A model generated the notes under the pieces. The model did no database searches and was not told the origin of the DNA. It saw only the letters and a program-made list of their open reading frames with translations. From Raillietiella orientalis (lineage: Eukaryota), in NCBI GenBank assembly GCA_036172245.1, contig JAYWIR010000014.1, forward strand, positions 682,001 to 746,000: 64,000 bases of DNA, given 5' to 3'. Shown one piece after another: positions 25,774 to 38,158 of this stretch (within the stretch, counting starts at the first letter, position 1; the number at the start of each line of letters is the position of its first letter). Made by a program: the position numbers and the translations under genes.

Positions 25774-25915
25774 GTCACCCAAGGTGCGCGTGAAGCGGGG
25801 AGGGAGCGGTGGAGGGTCCAATTCCTGGATTGTCAACGGGCCGGACACCTGGGTATCTGGCCATGGGGACGAGCGCATCCTACCGGTGCACACCCGAAGT
25901 CTGAGCCACCGCAAA

Positions 25916-26030
25916 GTCATCTTGCGGGGAGACTCGGAACCCCTGCAACTCGGAGTCGATCGCTTGTGAGTGTATTCGAACGCGCGACTCTCAATGGGGG
26001 TGCCGCCAATGCAGGTGGCAGGTATACGCG
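25916..26030 (-). mobile_element. tRNA-derived SINE, partial copy
   Basis: The reverse complement contains gagtcgcgcgttcgaatac and gttccgagtctccccgcaagatgac, matching the copies at 32501 and 36214. Confidence 0.6.
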
Positions 26031-29000
26031 CAGGAATCTAGCAGAGAGGTAGCCCGCAGTTTCGGTAGCCCTGACGACGGAAGGCGATGCGGAACGCGTC
26101 CCTCCACGCTTGCTTCGAACCCCGACGTCTCGGAATAAGACATTTCCGGGCTTCTGGGAATCCCCTCGTTCCCGTCACGTGTTTGAACTTGGCCGCCTCG
26201 CCATCTGGGCTCACAGCATTGGCATGACTCGAGATTGGCTTACCTTCGGATCGCTGGGTTCCCTCCTCTCCCCCAAGGGCTCGCAGATCTCACCGATCTG
26301 CGGTGGATGGTGCACAATCGGATGGGCGTACGAGCTCAGCTCAAGATCGGGGAAAGCGAACAAGTGAATCCGACGTTTGCGGCACCAGTCGTGATCTGTT
26401 TCATACACATTCGCTTGAGGACAGACTCACTGCAGTAGCCGTGAGTCTGTCTTCCCCTCCGCTCGCAATCCATCAATTCCGCTAATCTCTTAATAAGTGA
26501 TTGGCACGAATTCAATCGCAAAGGCGAAAAACACCCTCATATTAATCGTAAAAGATGTTTCTAGAAGAGAGAAAATGAGAAGCTAGAATTTCCTCCTCGG
26601 AGGCTGGCATTGAATTAGCACGCTATAGCATCTCTCTCTCTGGACGCAAAAAAAGAAAGAAAGAAAATGCTTGGTTGCGAGAGCAGCACCAGAGATGTGA
26701 CAGAGAAGCAGCTTCCAGGACTATGGTGGAAGGAGTCTTCCGGGACTCGAGAAAAGCCCTCTAAGGTTGGATGGCTAGGACACGTGAGACGAAACCGATG
26801 TCAGAGTTTGGAATTGATTTCCAAATATGCTTTCTAAATGAGTTTCTGGAAATCACTAGGATCAATATCCAGGGAGACGAAAGGAGGAAATTACGAGATG
26901 AATCAATGAGGGAGCAAAGGATCCTGCGAAGAATCCTACGGGAGAGGGTGAGCGAACAGTGAAAGCCACACGAAAGGCAGGAGACGCGGCACGAAGGTCT
27001 GTCACAAAACCATCCGTATTGCCGACTTAATGCCACGATCTGTATCACTGTGTATCAGCTGCGGAGAATGGTTCCGTGAAGGATATTGAATGATTCGTGT
27101 ACAATGGGAAGCTGACCTGACCACTTCATTTCAAGCACGTCCTTATTCTGGGGTCCTTGCCAGCAGCCACAGTTAGCCTCAAGCGCCTCAGCTCCTTCCG
27201 AGGGAGGAGATGAACAATTTCCAGGCAACGTGCCCAAAGGATCTCCTTCTACGTGCGTGCCTCTTCTTGAGCAGCGACACGTCCACCCGCTGGTGCCTAG
27301 GCGAGAGAATTTCCCGTGCCGAGTCCCCCTTCCACTCCCCTCTCCCCATTCGCAAATCACAGGGGTGGGGGGAAATCCAGAGATCCTACGGCAGGAAGAA
27401 AAAGGCCGGGAGGTTGCCGCGGGCGGCTTTCTGCCAGGGGAAAGGAAAAAATCCCCGGGGTGAGGCCAGAGAGCAGGGCGTCCGCTCGCCAAACACTTCC
27501 CGTCCCGGTCGCGCATCTGCTGAGTGCATCCCGAGCCGCTGGGTCCTTTTGCCCCAGCCTCGGGACGCCAACACCCCGGTATGGTGCGCACTCACCGTGA
27601 GTCTGTTTTTCGCCAACCGCAGCTTGCCTTTTATGGTTCTCATTCTGGTCCTCCCATCCGAGAACTCGTCCGTGAATACCTCCCTCCGGCATGCAACTTT
27701 CCCTCCTCTTGGCTGAAAACACAGAAGGAAATTCACATTAGAATCGGATTTGGATCGATGCTTGCCAGCGCGTTCCGGAAGACGTCGGCATCGACGCTCC
27801 AAGGAGCTCATGCACTAGGTGACCTCTATTGCGGCATTCTTAAACAAGGAGAGCATCGGGTGCACAAACAGAAATTAGGCGAACACTTGCGCGCAAGGGT
27901 GCTCCTCTGGAAGAGCTTTCGTCATCCAGGAGCGCCAGACTCAGGTGACCGTCTGGGCGACTTGGTCCGGAAGAAGTCTGAAGATGCGCTTCGTTCGCCT
28001 CCTTCTGGGAACAAGGACACTGGAGATCGCCTTGGGGAGTACGTTCTGTGGATGCCCGGAGCAGATTTCTCTTTCCGAGGTTTGTTGATTGCTCGGCAGC
28101 AACCCCCGACGGATCGCTCACGTACCGCCGGAGTTCCAGGGGTGGCTCCGCCGGCATCCGGGACGCGTCCGAACCTGGGATGCTTCGTGCTCCCGCAAGT
28201 TCGTGTCGTTTCCTGACGAGTCCATTCCAGAGAGTTCACAGCATGCCTCCTGCATTCCTTCCGTGAGGTTTTGCATTTCCACACCACAGTGCTCTCGGCT
28301 CGCTGAAGAGCGTTCCGATGCTGCCACTGAGGCTTTTCGCAGCTTCCCGCACGTAGAAGCGGTTCCGCCGCTTGACCTGTGCTGCGCTTCCTCCGCCTTG
28401 GGGATCCTGAAGTCTTTGACGAGGCGTGTTGAGCTCCACCGCTCCGAACAAGAAAATCCCACGGGATTCATGAGCTTCGCGTTTCTGCGTATGCTCGGAA
28501 GAACTCCCATCCGGATTGCGGGCACCCCTTCTGCAAGAATGGCTTCGTGAACGGCGTACTGAGGTGCGTGTTAAAAGATGAGCCATTTAACGCCCCCTCA
28601 TCTCCCCCCCCGAGTGTGGCTTTGTGGGGAGGCGCAGGGAGACTGGAAGAGGACTGCTCTTAAATGGCTCACTCTGCAACTGGCCCTTTCGGGCGTTTCT
28701 ATGAGGCTCCCGTCTGCTGCCGCTCTCATCCTTGACCCCTGAGTGAGTCTTTTTTTTTTTTTGACATCATCAAAGCTCCAAGCGGTCTCGAGCGCACTCG
28801 AGGATTGACGAGGTTTTTCCAAAATCCTTGGACCTGAGGCGCTCCAGAGAGCCCCAAACGCAGCTCCGACTCGCGAAGAGGTGCAGACTCCCCAGCACTT
28901 CGGCAGAAGACGATCTCTTGGCACGCTTTCCGATCCCAGGGGAAAGACGGGGAAAGCGGAAGTGCCGAACGGCTTCCGCAGTCGTTCCAAGACGAACTGC

Positions 29001-30039
29001 CGGAGGTTTGATATCACCGTAAAAAACCCGCCACGCAAGACCGCATCAGGGCGGATGGGAGGAGTGGAAGCCCCCCCCCTTCCCCATCAGCAAAAACTGC
29101 TTTCCCCATTTCGCAGTCAGAACGTTTTTGCTACAGATTTTCAAGAGGCAGACCTAGCACTTCGCCGGCGTTGCGTGATAACCACGGCATCGCCTTCCCC
29201 TGGACGGTTGTTCCTCGTGCGCCTCCTTTTTCGCGGCCGCGAATGACACGCGAGCATTCCTTTCGAACCCGAACACCCCATCCCGATCTTCGGGCGATAG
29301 AACACAGATTCCCGATAGAGGCGAAGGTTCCCGACGGCCTAACGGAGGAAGAGGGATTTTGAGCAACTCTGAGCAATCCTCCTGCTTCGAGAAGACGAGG
29401 ATTGGAGCCCCTCCTGCACGCATTATGCGAGAGCCCCGATGAAGAGCGCTCGCAGCTTCTTCCAGGAGAGTTTCCAACGGGTGCAATCAAGGCTTCATCA
29501 AAATTCTTTCCAAAGCGAAGATTTCTCTTCGCCTTGGAAACGGAGGAAGGCATGTGAATATTAGATCGCACGTGAAGAATTTCCAAGAAGAATACGGATG
29601 TTTCAAGTTTCACGCCGCAGAGAGATCTTAGTGATGATTTTCTGGATGGGATGAGCGCAGGGCGGATGCAACAATATGTAGCAGAGAGACACTTAGATCG
29701 CGGAACAGCGGATCTCAGAGCGAAGCCTTAAGTGACGTCCTGACAAGCAACGAGGGTAGCAGCCTCAGAAGATGTGGCTCGTGCGGGCTGCTCTTCTAGC
29801 TCGACATTCAGCCAGAGATCACTTTACTGGGCTCTCAGCCAGTTATCCGTCTGCTGCCGTGAGGCATTTCATTCATCGTTTATTATGTTCTTGTCCCGTG
29901 TCTCTCAGCCTTCGGTAGTTGGGGCAACTGACAACGAACGTCGTATCAAGTCCAGAAAAAGTGAGCCCTCTTTTCTGAGTTCTGACCGGCAGGACTTGGC
30001 GTTGCCTCGGTCTGCACCCCTTTGGCAACAGCGAAAGCA

Positions 30040-30700
30040 CGATATTCGAAAGAGCATTCCATGTCGGGATGCGGGACATCAATCCGACAGCGGGCACTTT
30101 ATGACCTCGAGGGATACGAAAGTGTCGATTCTTTTGCGATCCTTTGGCTTGGGTTACGGATCTTCTCAGTCTTCACCAAAGTACTTTGACCGCAGAAAAA
30201 TAAGTGTTCATGAAGATAAGGGTATTTCTGTTGTTAGTCCCTTTGACGGTGAAGACACGATGAGGAAAATCCCAAAGCAAAGGCTGCAAACGTGAAACCT
30301 CTAATTGGCTAACCCAAAGTCCACAGTGCAGCGCATCCTGACATTGTACACTGCTTGTGTACACTCACGAGAGTCGGTTTTTGGTTGGACGGTCAGACGG
30401 AAGCTGTTGTTGGAGCTTTTCGACCAAAAGCAGTCCGCACGAGAGAGCAGTGCTACAGTGATGCACCTGTCTCTGTTCTGTTCTGTCCTCCAAAGCCAAG
30501 CGAGTGCAACTCGCAAACAGGAACGCCGCACTCTGTAGGTGTTTGCCACTACTGGTCCATGGAGATGCATCCCAAATGCTCTTCTTGATAAGAAGTAACT
30601 GTATCTGGTCCCTGGATCCTTAATCGATTCGCCAAGCACTTGAGATTTTTTAGATTCCCGAATCAGAAGATCTTGGATTCTAGGCGTGTGTTTGGAAGCA
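30040..30700 (-). mobile_element. Decayed LINE (CR1/Jockey-like) ORF2 C-terminal relic
   Basis: ESIKDPG (cf. DSIKDLG), CFWS...LTVQ (cf. VWSP...LERVQ) and RIPTWNAL (cf. R.IP.WN.LP) occur in the expected order. Confidence 0.3.
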
Positions 30701-31374
30701 GCTGCTCGTCGCCGTCCGACGGTCATCTTGGAACTTTCCTTCAGTTCACGATCGAACACGTAGGAGCGAAAATTGACTGGCCAGCGCAACGACACCAAGA
30801 TCGCATCCGGGAAGGCATAAGGCACGAGATGAGCGCATCTTCCACCCACTCCAAGTGCTACGCGATTTCGAGGAGCTACACGAGCGCGCGAAACTCTTAC
30901 GCACAGCCATTCTGCAGAGCTGACCTTACCGTTCACTAATGGGGCTGCTAAAACATCCCACAGAGGGAGCAGACCCCAGCAGAAATCCTTCCAACTAATA
31001 AGAGGTGAACGGGAAAAGATGAATGAGGCCAGGGAAAAATGAATTTGTGCCTCGATAGTGCTGCCCTTCGCCGCACTGAATATTTTCTCACATCTAGAGC
31101 AAAGAGCCTTTTTCCTGAACTGAACCAGTCTTCTGGCGAGAGTTCAATTTGTTGGAACGCGCGGAATGGATGGAGACACCGTCGGCTGCTCAGAACCGTC
31201 CGCGGTGCTGATGTTCTCTGCCCCTTAGCCAGCCGCGATTAATTTGCAGCAGCCAACCGAGATGGCTGCAATCTCCGATTCGGGGCCAAGGGTCCCGCGG
31301 ACGGAAGCTTTAATTAAAGTATTCCTGGAGCTCCGTACCTCAAACCGAGCAGTAGGACACCGACCTTCCATCCT

Positions 31375-33872
31375 TCACGCAATTTTCGCATCTTGTACAA
31401 CTCCTGGCACGAGATTCGCCTCCTGTGTACCGTGTACCGTTTTTCCCCATAAAGCACAGCTTGGACCTTCTCTTGGCATCTCCGCAGTTGATCCAGATTC
31501 TCCTTCGATTGACTTTGGTTGATTTTTGATTGGACCATGGAGGCGGAAGAGGCAACCCTGTGTTGAAGTGTCTGCACTACACCCACACGCTTTTCGTACG
31601 GAAGTACGTAATACTCGTAAGTACAGGACTCGCATGAGTGGATTAGGAAGGTGTACAAACACTTAAAGAGTGCACTGTGAATGAAATTTCCTTTGCTGGC
31701 GGGCTGCTGGTTGCGGATGCCTAGGTGACGGAAAGAACTGGGTGGAGGAAAGGAATTGGGACTTCTCCGACGAAGTCCGGGTAACAAGAGATTCTCATCG
31801 GAGGCACACGGATCGATGCGTCGACCGGAATCCACGCAACGCGAAGCTGCGTACCAACGACGAGAGGTACGCCGGAAGCTACAAGCAGGGAAAGAGTGTG
31901 TTGCACGCGGGAAAGAATCGCAAGAGCACGTAGCTCGACGCGAGACGGAACCATGGAAACGAAAGGCGATCCGAGTCTCCGAACCAAAAAAAAAAAAAAC
32001 CTGGTGACACGATCATGTAGACACTGCAAAGATTCAACCGGGGGAGGCAATTTTGTCCGCCCAGCCATGACCTCTGAACAGAGGCGGAAGGCATGGCGAT
32101 GCGGACCGGTAGGAAACCCAGAAGTGCCCTGGCTCGTCTTCTTACGCTGCGTTGCGAAGCTTCGGGCATGTCGCAGATTGCGAATTTCCCGAATGATGAG
32201 TTCTGCGGCGCGTTTCCGGCGAAACAAGAGAGGTCGACGGGATATGTGCGTGTAGCAGGATTTCCTACCAGGATCGTCCCGATAGTGGGGGAGCTGAAAG
32301 CAACGGTTGCCTTAAGAGCGGGTTAGGATAACGTGACGTCTCTTTCACACGTGCTCCTCCTTTCAGCTGTTCCCCCTGCAGTCTCAGCTTGGACAGTTCG
32401 AAGCGGAAGAATAACACTGGTGAGAGACCGTGAAATGCTGGGCAACCGCCCACTTAAGATCAATGGGAAAGGAAACACTTCCAAGATTCATCGAGGCGAA
32501 GGCCCGCGCTGGCAGTCCTGTGGCTGCGGTCTCCACAAGCTGCACCCAGAGTCGCGTGTTCGAATCTCCACGTAGATGATCGAGAATGGGGAGAAGGTGC
32601 CTGGTGAGTTTCGAGTTCCCCCCGCAGGATGACGCTGGCTGACTTGTAGACTTCAGGTGCGGCACCGGGTCCTCGCAGGAATCAAGGAGAACCTGTCTCC
32701 TTCAGGGTCCCTCTCCGATTGTGAAAATGGAGCTGTGCCCCCCCCCCCCCCCACTCGTGGATGGACCCTTCGTCTCGTACCATGGAGCTGGTTGATATTC
32801 TCCTCGGAGGGTTGTCTCTTCAAGAGTGTTAAGAAGCGTGCTGCTCCCTTTGGAGAAATCCGGAAGCGTTCCTTAGGAGTTCTCTTCAGAGGAGTAAACG
32901 AGGAGCGGATCTTTTCCCTTCGGAGAAGAAATGAGGAGTGACATGGCCCAAGACTCTAACGAATCGGAGTCCGGGCCAGCGCAGCACACAGCAGCAAGAA
33001 AGTGATCCAAATGCAAGTCGGTGACTCGGAAACACCATCGATCTCTTGGATATTTGTCTTGCATCTCTTTCGAGAACAGTGGCGAGATTACTGCGGTCAC
33101 CCGTTTGGCTGGGGTCAGAGGACACGCCGTTTATATGCCTCAGAGTATGAAGTGCGTCTTGCCTTCTTAAAGCTTAGGCGAAGTCGATTTCCTGGAGATT
33201 CTCAACTGAGTAATGGGGAGATGGGGAGGCTGTGTTTTGGCAAGACTGCGTGGTCAGTACGGGTATGGGGTGGTTCAGGTGTTGACACCGGCGGGTGGGT
33301 TTGCGTGGTGAGTCATTAAGAGGTTGTTAAGGTCGCGTCCGGTCGATTGTAGACGACAATGGCGCAGTCTTCCTTGCGGTCGTGACTGGTGATGGGAGTT
33401 TGGTTTTCGCAACCCCGGCCGAGCGGAGACGTTCTGAACGATGGGAGGTTGGTAAGCGGTGAAGTGGGTGCGGTTGGTTGCGTTTTACCGGGCTGGAGAG
33501 CTCAGCGCTTTGAGGACGTGGGCTCGCAAAATCACAGACCATTTCGGAGTGGGAAGCCGCTTGACGCAGCTCTGTCAGGAGATTCCGGCAGTACAAAAGA
33601 TGCTATCAAGAGAAATGATGGCAGAATCATTCTGGATCGGTCGCTACGTGTTCGCCATTGAGACACGTATTGTTGGGATTGTTGAGCGCAAACATAGAAA
33701 CTCGTTCAGAGTCCGAAAGGCGGCTTCTTTTCCGTGGGATTGGGGTACGCGATGATGTCAAAAAGTGGACCTGAAGCGACAGTTTCCTTCTCTCATCAGG
33801 AGGTGGGATCTCTTCAACTCGTTCGCGCACAATGGCGTGTTTTGCCTCGATAAATGCAATTTCGAACAGCAA
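31375..33872 (-). mobile_element. Decayed Ty3/Gypsy pol relic (RT thumb, RNase H, integrase) interrupted by a SINE
   Basis: RVEEIPPP...RTPIP, SHDRKEDCAIV (cf. STYDRELLAI), IRNLRHARSFATQR (cf. LHNLSHPGIRATQR), LGIRNQQPASKG (cf. YHPASNG), LRTSVRKACGCSA...LFRLHG (cf. IRTAVKEDLGCSA...LRLPG). Confidence 0.55.
32501..32838 (+). mobile_element. tRNA-derived SINE copy
   Basis: A-box-like tggcagtcctgtgg and B-box gttcgaatc (32558-32566). Blocks cgcaggatgacgctgg, tgtgaaaatggagc and ccatggagctggttgata are shared with 36214-36528. Confidence 0.75.
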
Positions 33873-34270
33873 AGGGTGGGGGGTCGAGAGAGCTTTTTTC
33901 TTTCTTGGTTACGAAACTGCCGCTTCGCGGACTTGGAAGTGCCGCAGCCATTTCAATAGTTTTCATTCTGTGGCCGTGGATTTTCGTCTCCCGATAAAAT
34001 AAAATCATTCACTCAGTAAGGAAGAGTTGACAGCAAATCATGCTGATTTTTTTCTTTGCTCACTGAACGGTTCCGGTGAACCCACGCGAGTGCGTTCTCC
34101 TTGTGTGCAGGACAGAGAGGAAGGAGCTCGGCCTCTTTTTCGATTTTCCCCCAGTCATTTCGCAGCTACTTTGGGATTTACTTTGAGGTTAAACCTTTTC
34201 TTTCATTCTTTCTTTTTTTGCGCCGACTAATCCCACACTGCAGTGTGTAATGACCCACTACAGTAACATG

Positions 34271-34798
34271 GTATAGAACGGACCCCCGTATAGCACGACG
34301 AAAAAATGGCGGCAGAGCTCGCACGCCGAAGGCGAACCAACCCCGTGCCACGCTGTGGACAAATTTTCATTCTGTGGCACAGCGTCAGTTCGGCCGTTTG
34401 CAGAAAGAATGTGAACGCGCGATTCAAGTAGGTTGGATTCTATTCAATCCCAATTTTCGCGAATAACATTGCGCAAGATACTGTTTTGTTTTGTTTTTTT
34501 TTCACAACGACGAGAATAACGGAAACACTTAAAATTGATTAAATATCAACGGAGCGCGAAAAGCTTCTTTTTTTTTTTTTTCGACTTCAACTCAAGCCGT
34601 AAAGAAACACTTTTACTTTTTTGTTCTTTTGGTTTCAAAGTGAAATGATAGACGTTTTGCTGCCGCAACGTCTAAAATACATCTTACATCTTTTATAAAT
34701 ATTATCCATGTATAAGCCGTAGGGCTCGTGTAACCCGGATTCGTGTCAAGGGCGGTTCGTATCCCCCCCCGTGTTACACAGGGATCTACTCTATATAC
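34271..34798 (-). mobile_element. pogo/Tigger-like MITE, copy 2 (inverted relative to copy 1)
   Basis: It has its own TIRs, gtatagaacggacccccgtatagcacg and cgtgttacacagggatctactctatat, whose mismatches are all transitions. The core is shared with 7844-8333. Confidence 0.8.
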
Positions 34799-35581
34799 AA
34801 TAACATGATCCGACACAGTGATATGATACAGCGTTGGAATATTTCTTCTTTAAAGAGTGTGTAAGGTGGAAAACGTACTCGGAAAGGTTGCCTTGGTGTT
34901 TATCTCGTTCACTTCAGCCAGCGATTGGTCCCCTCACCCGTCTTGAGCGCAGGGATCATGCTCGGACTTTGTACACCTTGGGCAGCAAGCCGCATTTCAT
35001 CGGAATCAGCTTGTAAAACCGACGGAGGCCGACCTATCGTTGGTTCCCCAAGCGTACGGTACAAGCGGAATGGGAAGGGATCTCTGATTTAGAAAGTTTT
35101 TTTTTTTATTAGTAGAAATTGACAATGCGAAAGGAAATTTTATCTTATGAGTTTCTTCTTTTCATTTCCTTTTTTTCCTCTTCTTTCTTTCCCAGCTGAC
35201 AACTTGCATCTCTGATTCATAGTCTGGAGGGTCGCCGCTCCATCATCGTGCCAACTCGCTTTCACCGTTGCCCCCGCGCGCTGCCTCCCGCCGTCCTGTA
35301 TACAGAGGAATCGTTCCGTGGTGAGAAGGTAGGCTAGGAAACAGAAGCCGGTGGCGACCTGAGCTGCCGATGATGGTCAGATCTTGAAGCACTGCGTGGG
35401 CGCGGTCGCACAGTGACGGCCTGTCGGGGACATCGGTGGATTTCTGCTGCCACTTAACGGACGGAGAACGAACGACTCAGGGACTTGGGACTGCATCCTG
35501 AGGAAGTTCTTCCCTCAATGGCCCTTTTCTTGGCAATCCTTTTCTTCGAATTCCCACATCCGATGAGATAGCGCCGTTCGC

Positions 35582-35938
35582 ATGAGCATCCGACACAAAA
35601 GATGGAGGGAGGTGACAGACCAGAGAAACCATTTTGAACGCGAGGTCCCTGGAATCGGTCGCTGTCCAATTTCTTTCCGAAGTCGTTTTTCTTCCCGTAA
35701 ATTTCTTCCCGTTTTCAGCGGCTTGCAAGATGTTGCGGCGGAGTCCTGCACGAACTGCGCATCCAGTGTGTGTGAGTGGCACTGCAAACGCGTCCACCAG
35801 TTCCCTCTCGTGCCTCCACCAGCAAGGCGCATCTCCAAGCTAAATGACCGCATGGAGTTCAGAGAGCTTCGAATGCCTTTGCTGTGTGCACGTACCTATC
35901 CTTCAGTGTACGGAAATAGCTCTTGGGCAGAAGGGTAG
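35582..35938 (+). mobile_element. Decayed Ty3/Gypsy integrase zinc-binding-domain relic
   Basis: VPGIGR...RF...SGLQDVAAESCTNC...PLVPPP resembles HPGI.R...RF.WPGL..DV..C..C...PL.P.P. Confidence 0.35.
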
Positions 35939-36213
35939 AGTCAGGGTTGACGAGCTCCGCTGACACACAGGAAGCGATCTGCTCCCCCTTTCTTTATAAA
36001 TCTTCAGCTGCCTCCCACCGCGATCCGTAATCAGTAGGATCGATCCTCCGCAGCGCGCTCAAAGTCTCACAGAAGTTGCTGCAAGTTTCTGGAGAGCGCG
36101 GAAGCCCTTCCTTGGGTGCCAGCGGTAGCCAAGGAGAGAAATGTGTACACCTGCGAAGAACCCATTCTTCTGGACATTCGGGTTGTGGACTCGTTTACAA
36201 GCCGAGTCTACAA

Positions 36214-36528
36214 GCCCGCGTTGGCGGCTCTCTGTGGCTGCCATCTCTGTGCGCGGTGCCCAGCGTCGCGAGTTCGAATCCCACTCGGGGAAGGATCGAC
36301 GCCGAAAATTGGGCGTTCAGTGGATTTCGAGCCCTCTACGCAGGATGACGCTGGTTGGTCTGTGGCCGGGATTGGAAACTGATCCTCTGTGGTCCTTCCA
36401 GAAATTAAGGAGCCCTGCGGCTGTGAAAATGGAGCCTGCCCCTTCCTCGGTGGGGGGACCCTCCATCGTGCACCATGGAGCTGGTTGATAACCCCATCAG
36501 GGGTTTCCTCTTCAGAGTGCAGGAAGCG
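36214..36528 (+). mobile_element. tRNA-derived SINE copy
   Basis: B-box gttcgaatcc (36272-36281) and collinear conserved blocks with 32501-32838. Confidence 0.75.
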
Positions 36529-37884
36529 CTGATGGAAACCTCACAAGTGCTGTGCCTTGCAGGGGTGTACAACACTTAAGCAAGTCGAGTGCATCCTGTT
36601 GATGCACACCCCAACTGGTCCCAGCGCAGAAGGATCGCGAAGATCAAAGTCGCGCACCCATCTCGAGGACGCGTGCTAGCGTCCAGGGTCAGATGACAAC
36701 GAAAGGGTTTACGCCCCCTTTTCAAGCAAGCGATCTTGAATGATTCGTCATTGCGTTTCCGCCGAAATGATCCAGACAACTGCAGGGAGCAACTTGAACC
36801 CGGAAGAAGAGTCTCCTTGCACCGAGTGTTTAAACCATGGCGCAGGAACGCCACAAGCGCAGATGCGACTGTTGAAGGGGGTTGTTGTGCCGCTTAGTTT
36901 AATGCAACCGTAACTCCTGCACGGCTGCCCTAGCGCACGAAATGCAGGCTCGCTCACAGCACCCAGCATCCTAGCACGGCAAAAGTCCTCTGAATCATTA
37001 CGCTAGCTTTGCTCCCCCACTTCCGTTCCCTCCTTAATCCGCAGCAGATGCAAATACCTCGTGACCTGTGCTAGAGAAGAGCAAACAGGCTTCAGCAACC
37101 CTCATGAACTTCAGAGTGCACCCGCATGCCGGTGTGGAAATCGCCTACTGGTACAGATTCCAGAGAGACGCTCTTTTGCTTCAGCTAGCCGGGTCAGCGC
37201 TGGTAGATAGTCGCAAGGCGAAAGCATGCGACTATCTACCAGCGGAAGAAAGAACGAAAGTAAAGATACGAGAAAAATTTTCTGCCAGTAGAAGGAAGAA
37301 AGCATTAGAAGAAATGAACGTTTCTCGGCAATGGAAATCGCATTTTCAAGAAAAGGACTCCAGAAAAAAAAAAAAAAAGCTCTAAACATCTCATCTTGAA
37401 ATTGATTGGTCTTGCACATAACACGTTTGAAAACAAGGTAAAACGGATATGCCGTACCAGTCATTAGGGGAATCTGCGGCCTCCGGAGAAATTTTTTTGC
37501 GGACGGTGACACGTTTTCGAAACTGGAACCGCTCTTCCCCGAGCTGTGGGGATCGCTGACGCAAAAGTAAACTCTCTCTCCACCTCACACATCCAAAGGT
37601 AAACAGTGAGAATTCATCTCGGGTAACTTCTGGTTACGCAAAGTGGTTTGTCATTGCGCAGGTGATCGGTTGCTGGGTAAGCTGCCAGCTCGAAGGCGCG
37701 CGTGCAAGAAATCCGCTTGAATCCGTGTGCTTTGTTTAAGGAACTTCCTCCTTCGCAAATTTTATATGGCGGATTTGCGTAAATGGTCTTCCCCAAATCG
37801 CCAGGTTTTAGCCCAGAGAACGAATTTGTTTGGCGAGCACCAGCACTCTACTTCTTCCTGAACTCGAGAATTCTTCTTCCCAGG

Positions 37885-38158
37885 AGCGAATGAGGAGGCA
37901 TTCGATTCCGTGAAGTTGTTGCAGCTGAGAAAAGGTGTAACGCGGAAGCATTCCATCACAAAGCAAAGAGAGTTCGAAAATCTCACTGATGAAACTCGAC
38001 ACACGACAGCGTGTTGTTTGAAAAAAGACTTTCGGCCAACGGCTAACGAAGAAAACTCGAATGGAAAGTCGCAGTTCACAAGCTGCGCGATCAGCAAACC
38101 CTTTCAGGGCTACACACCTGGAAGGGTTTGCTCAGAAATGCCCGGTAACAGCTGTTAA
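37885..38158 (+). mobile_element. Decayed Ty3/Gypsy RT/RNase H junction
   Basis: EEAFDSVKLL...REFENLTDETRHTTACCL...QFTSCAIS (cf. AFE.LK..L...F.L.TDAS..G.GAVL...F.SR.LS). Confidence 0.4.

Noticed and set aside
27524..28216. 230-aa plus-strand ORF
   Set aside because: No recognisable domain or splice context in a GC-rich background.
7844..34779. Giant TIR element (Maverick/Polinton-like) bounded by ~490-bp inverted repeats
   Set aside because: Each repeat has its own TIR pair, so these are two MITE copies. The interior has no polB, capsid, ATPase or intact integrase ORF, and there is no shared outer TSD.
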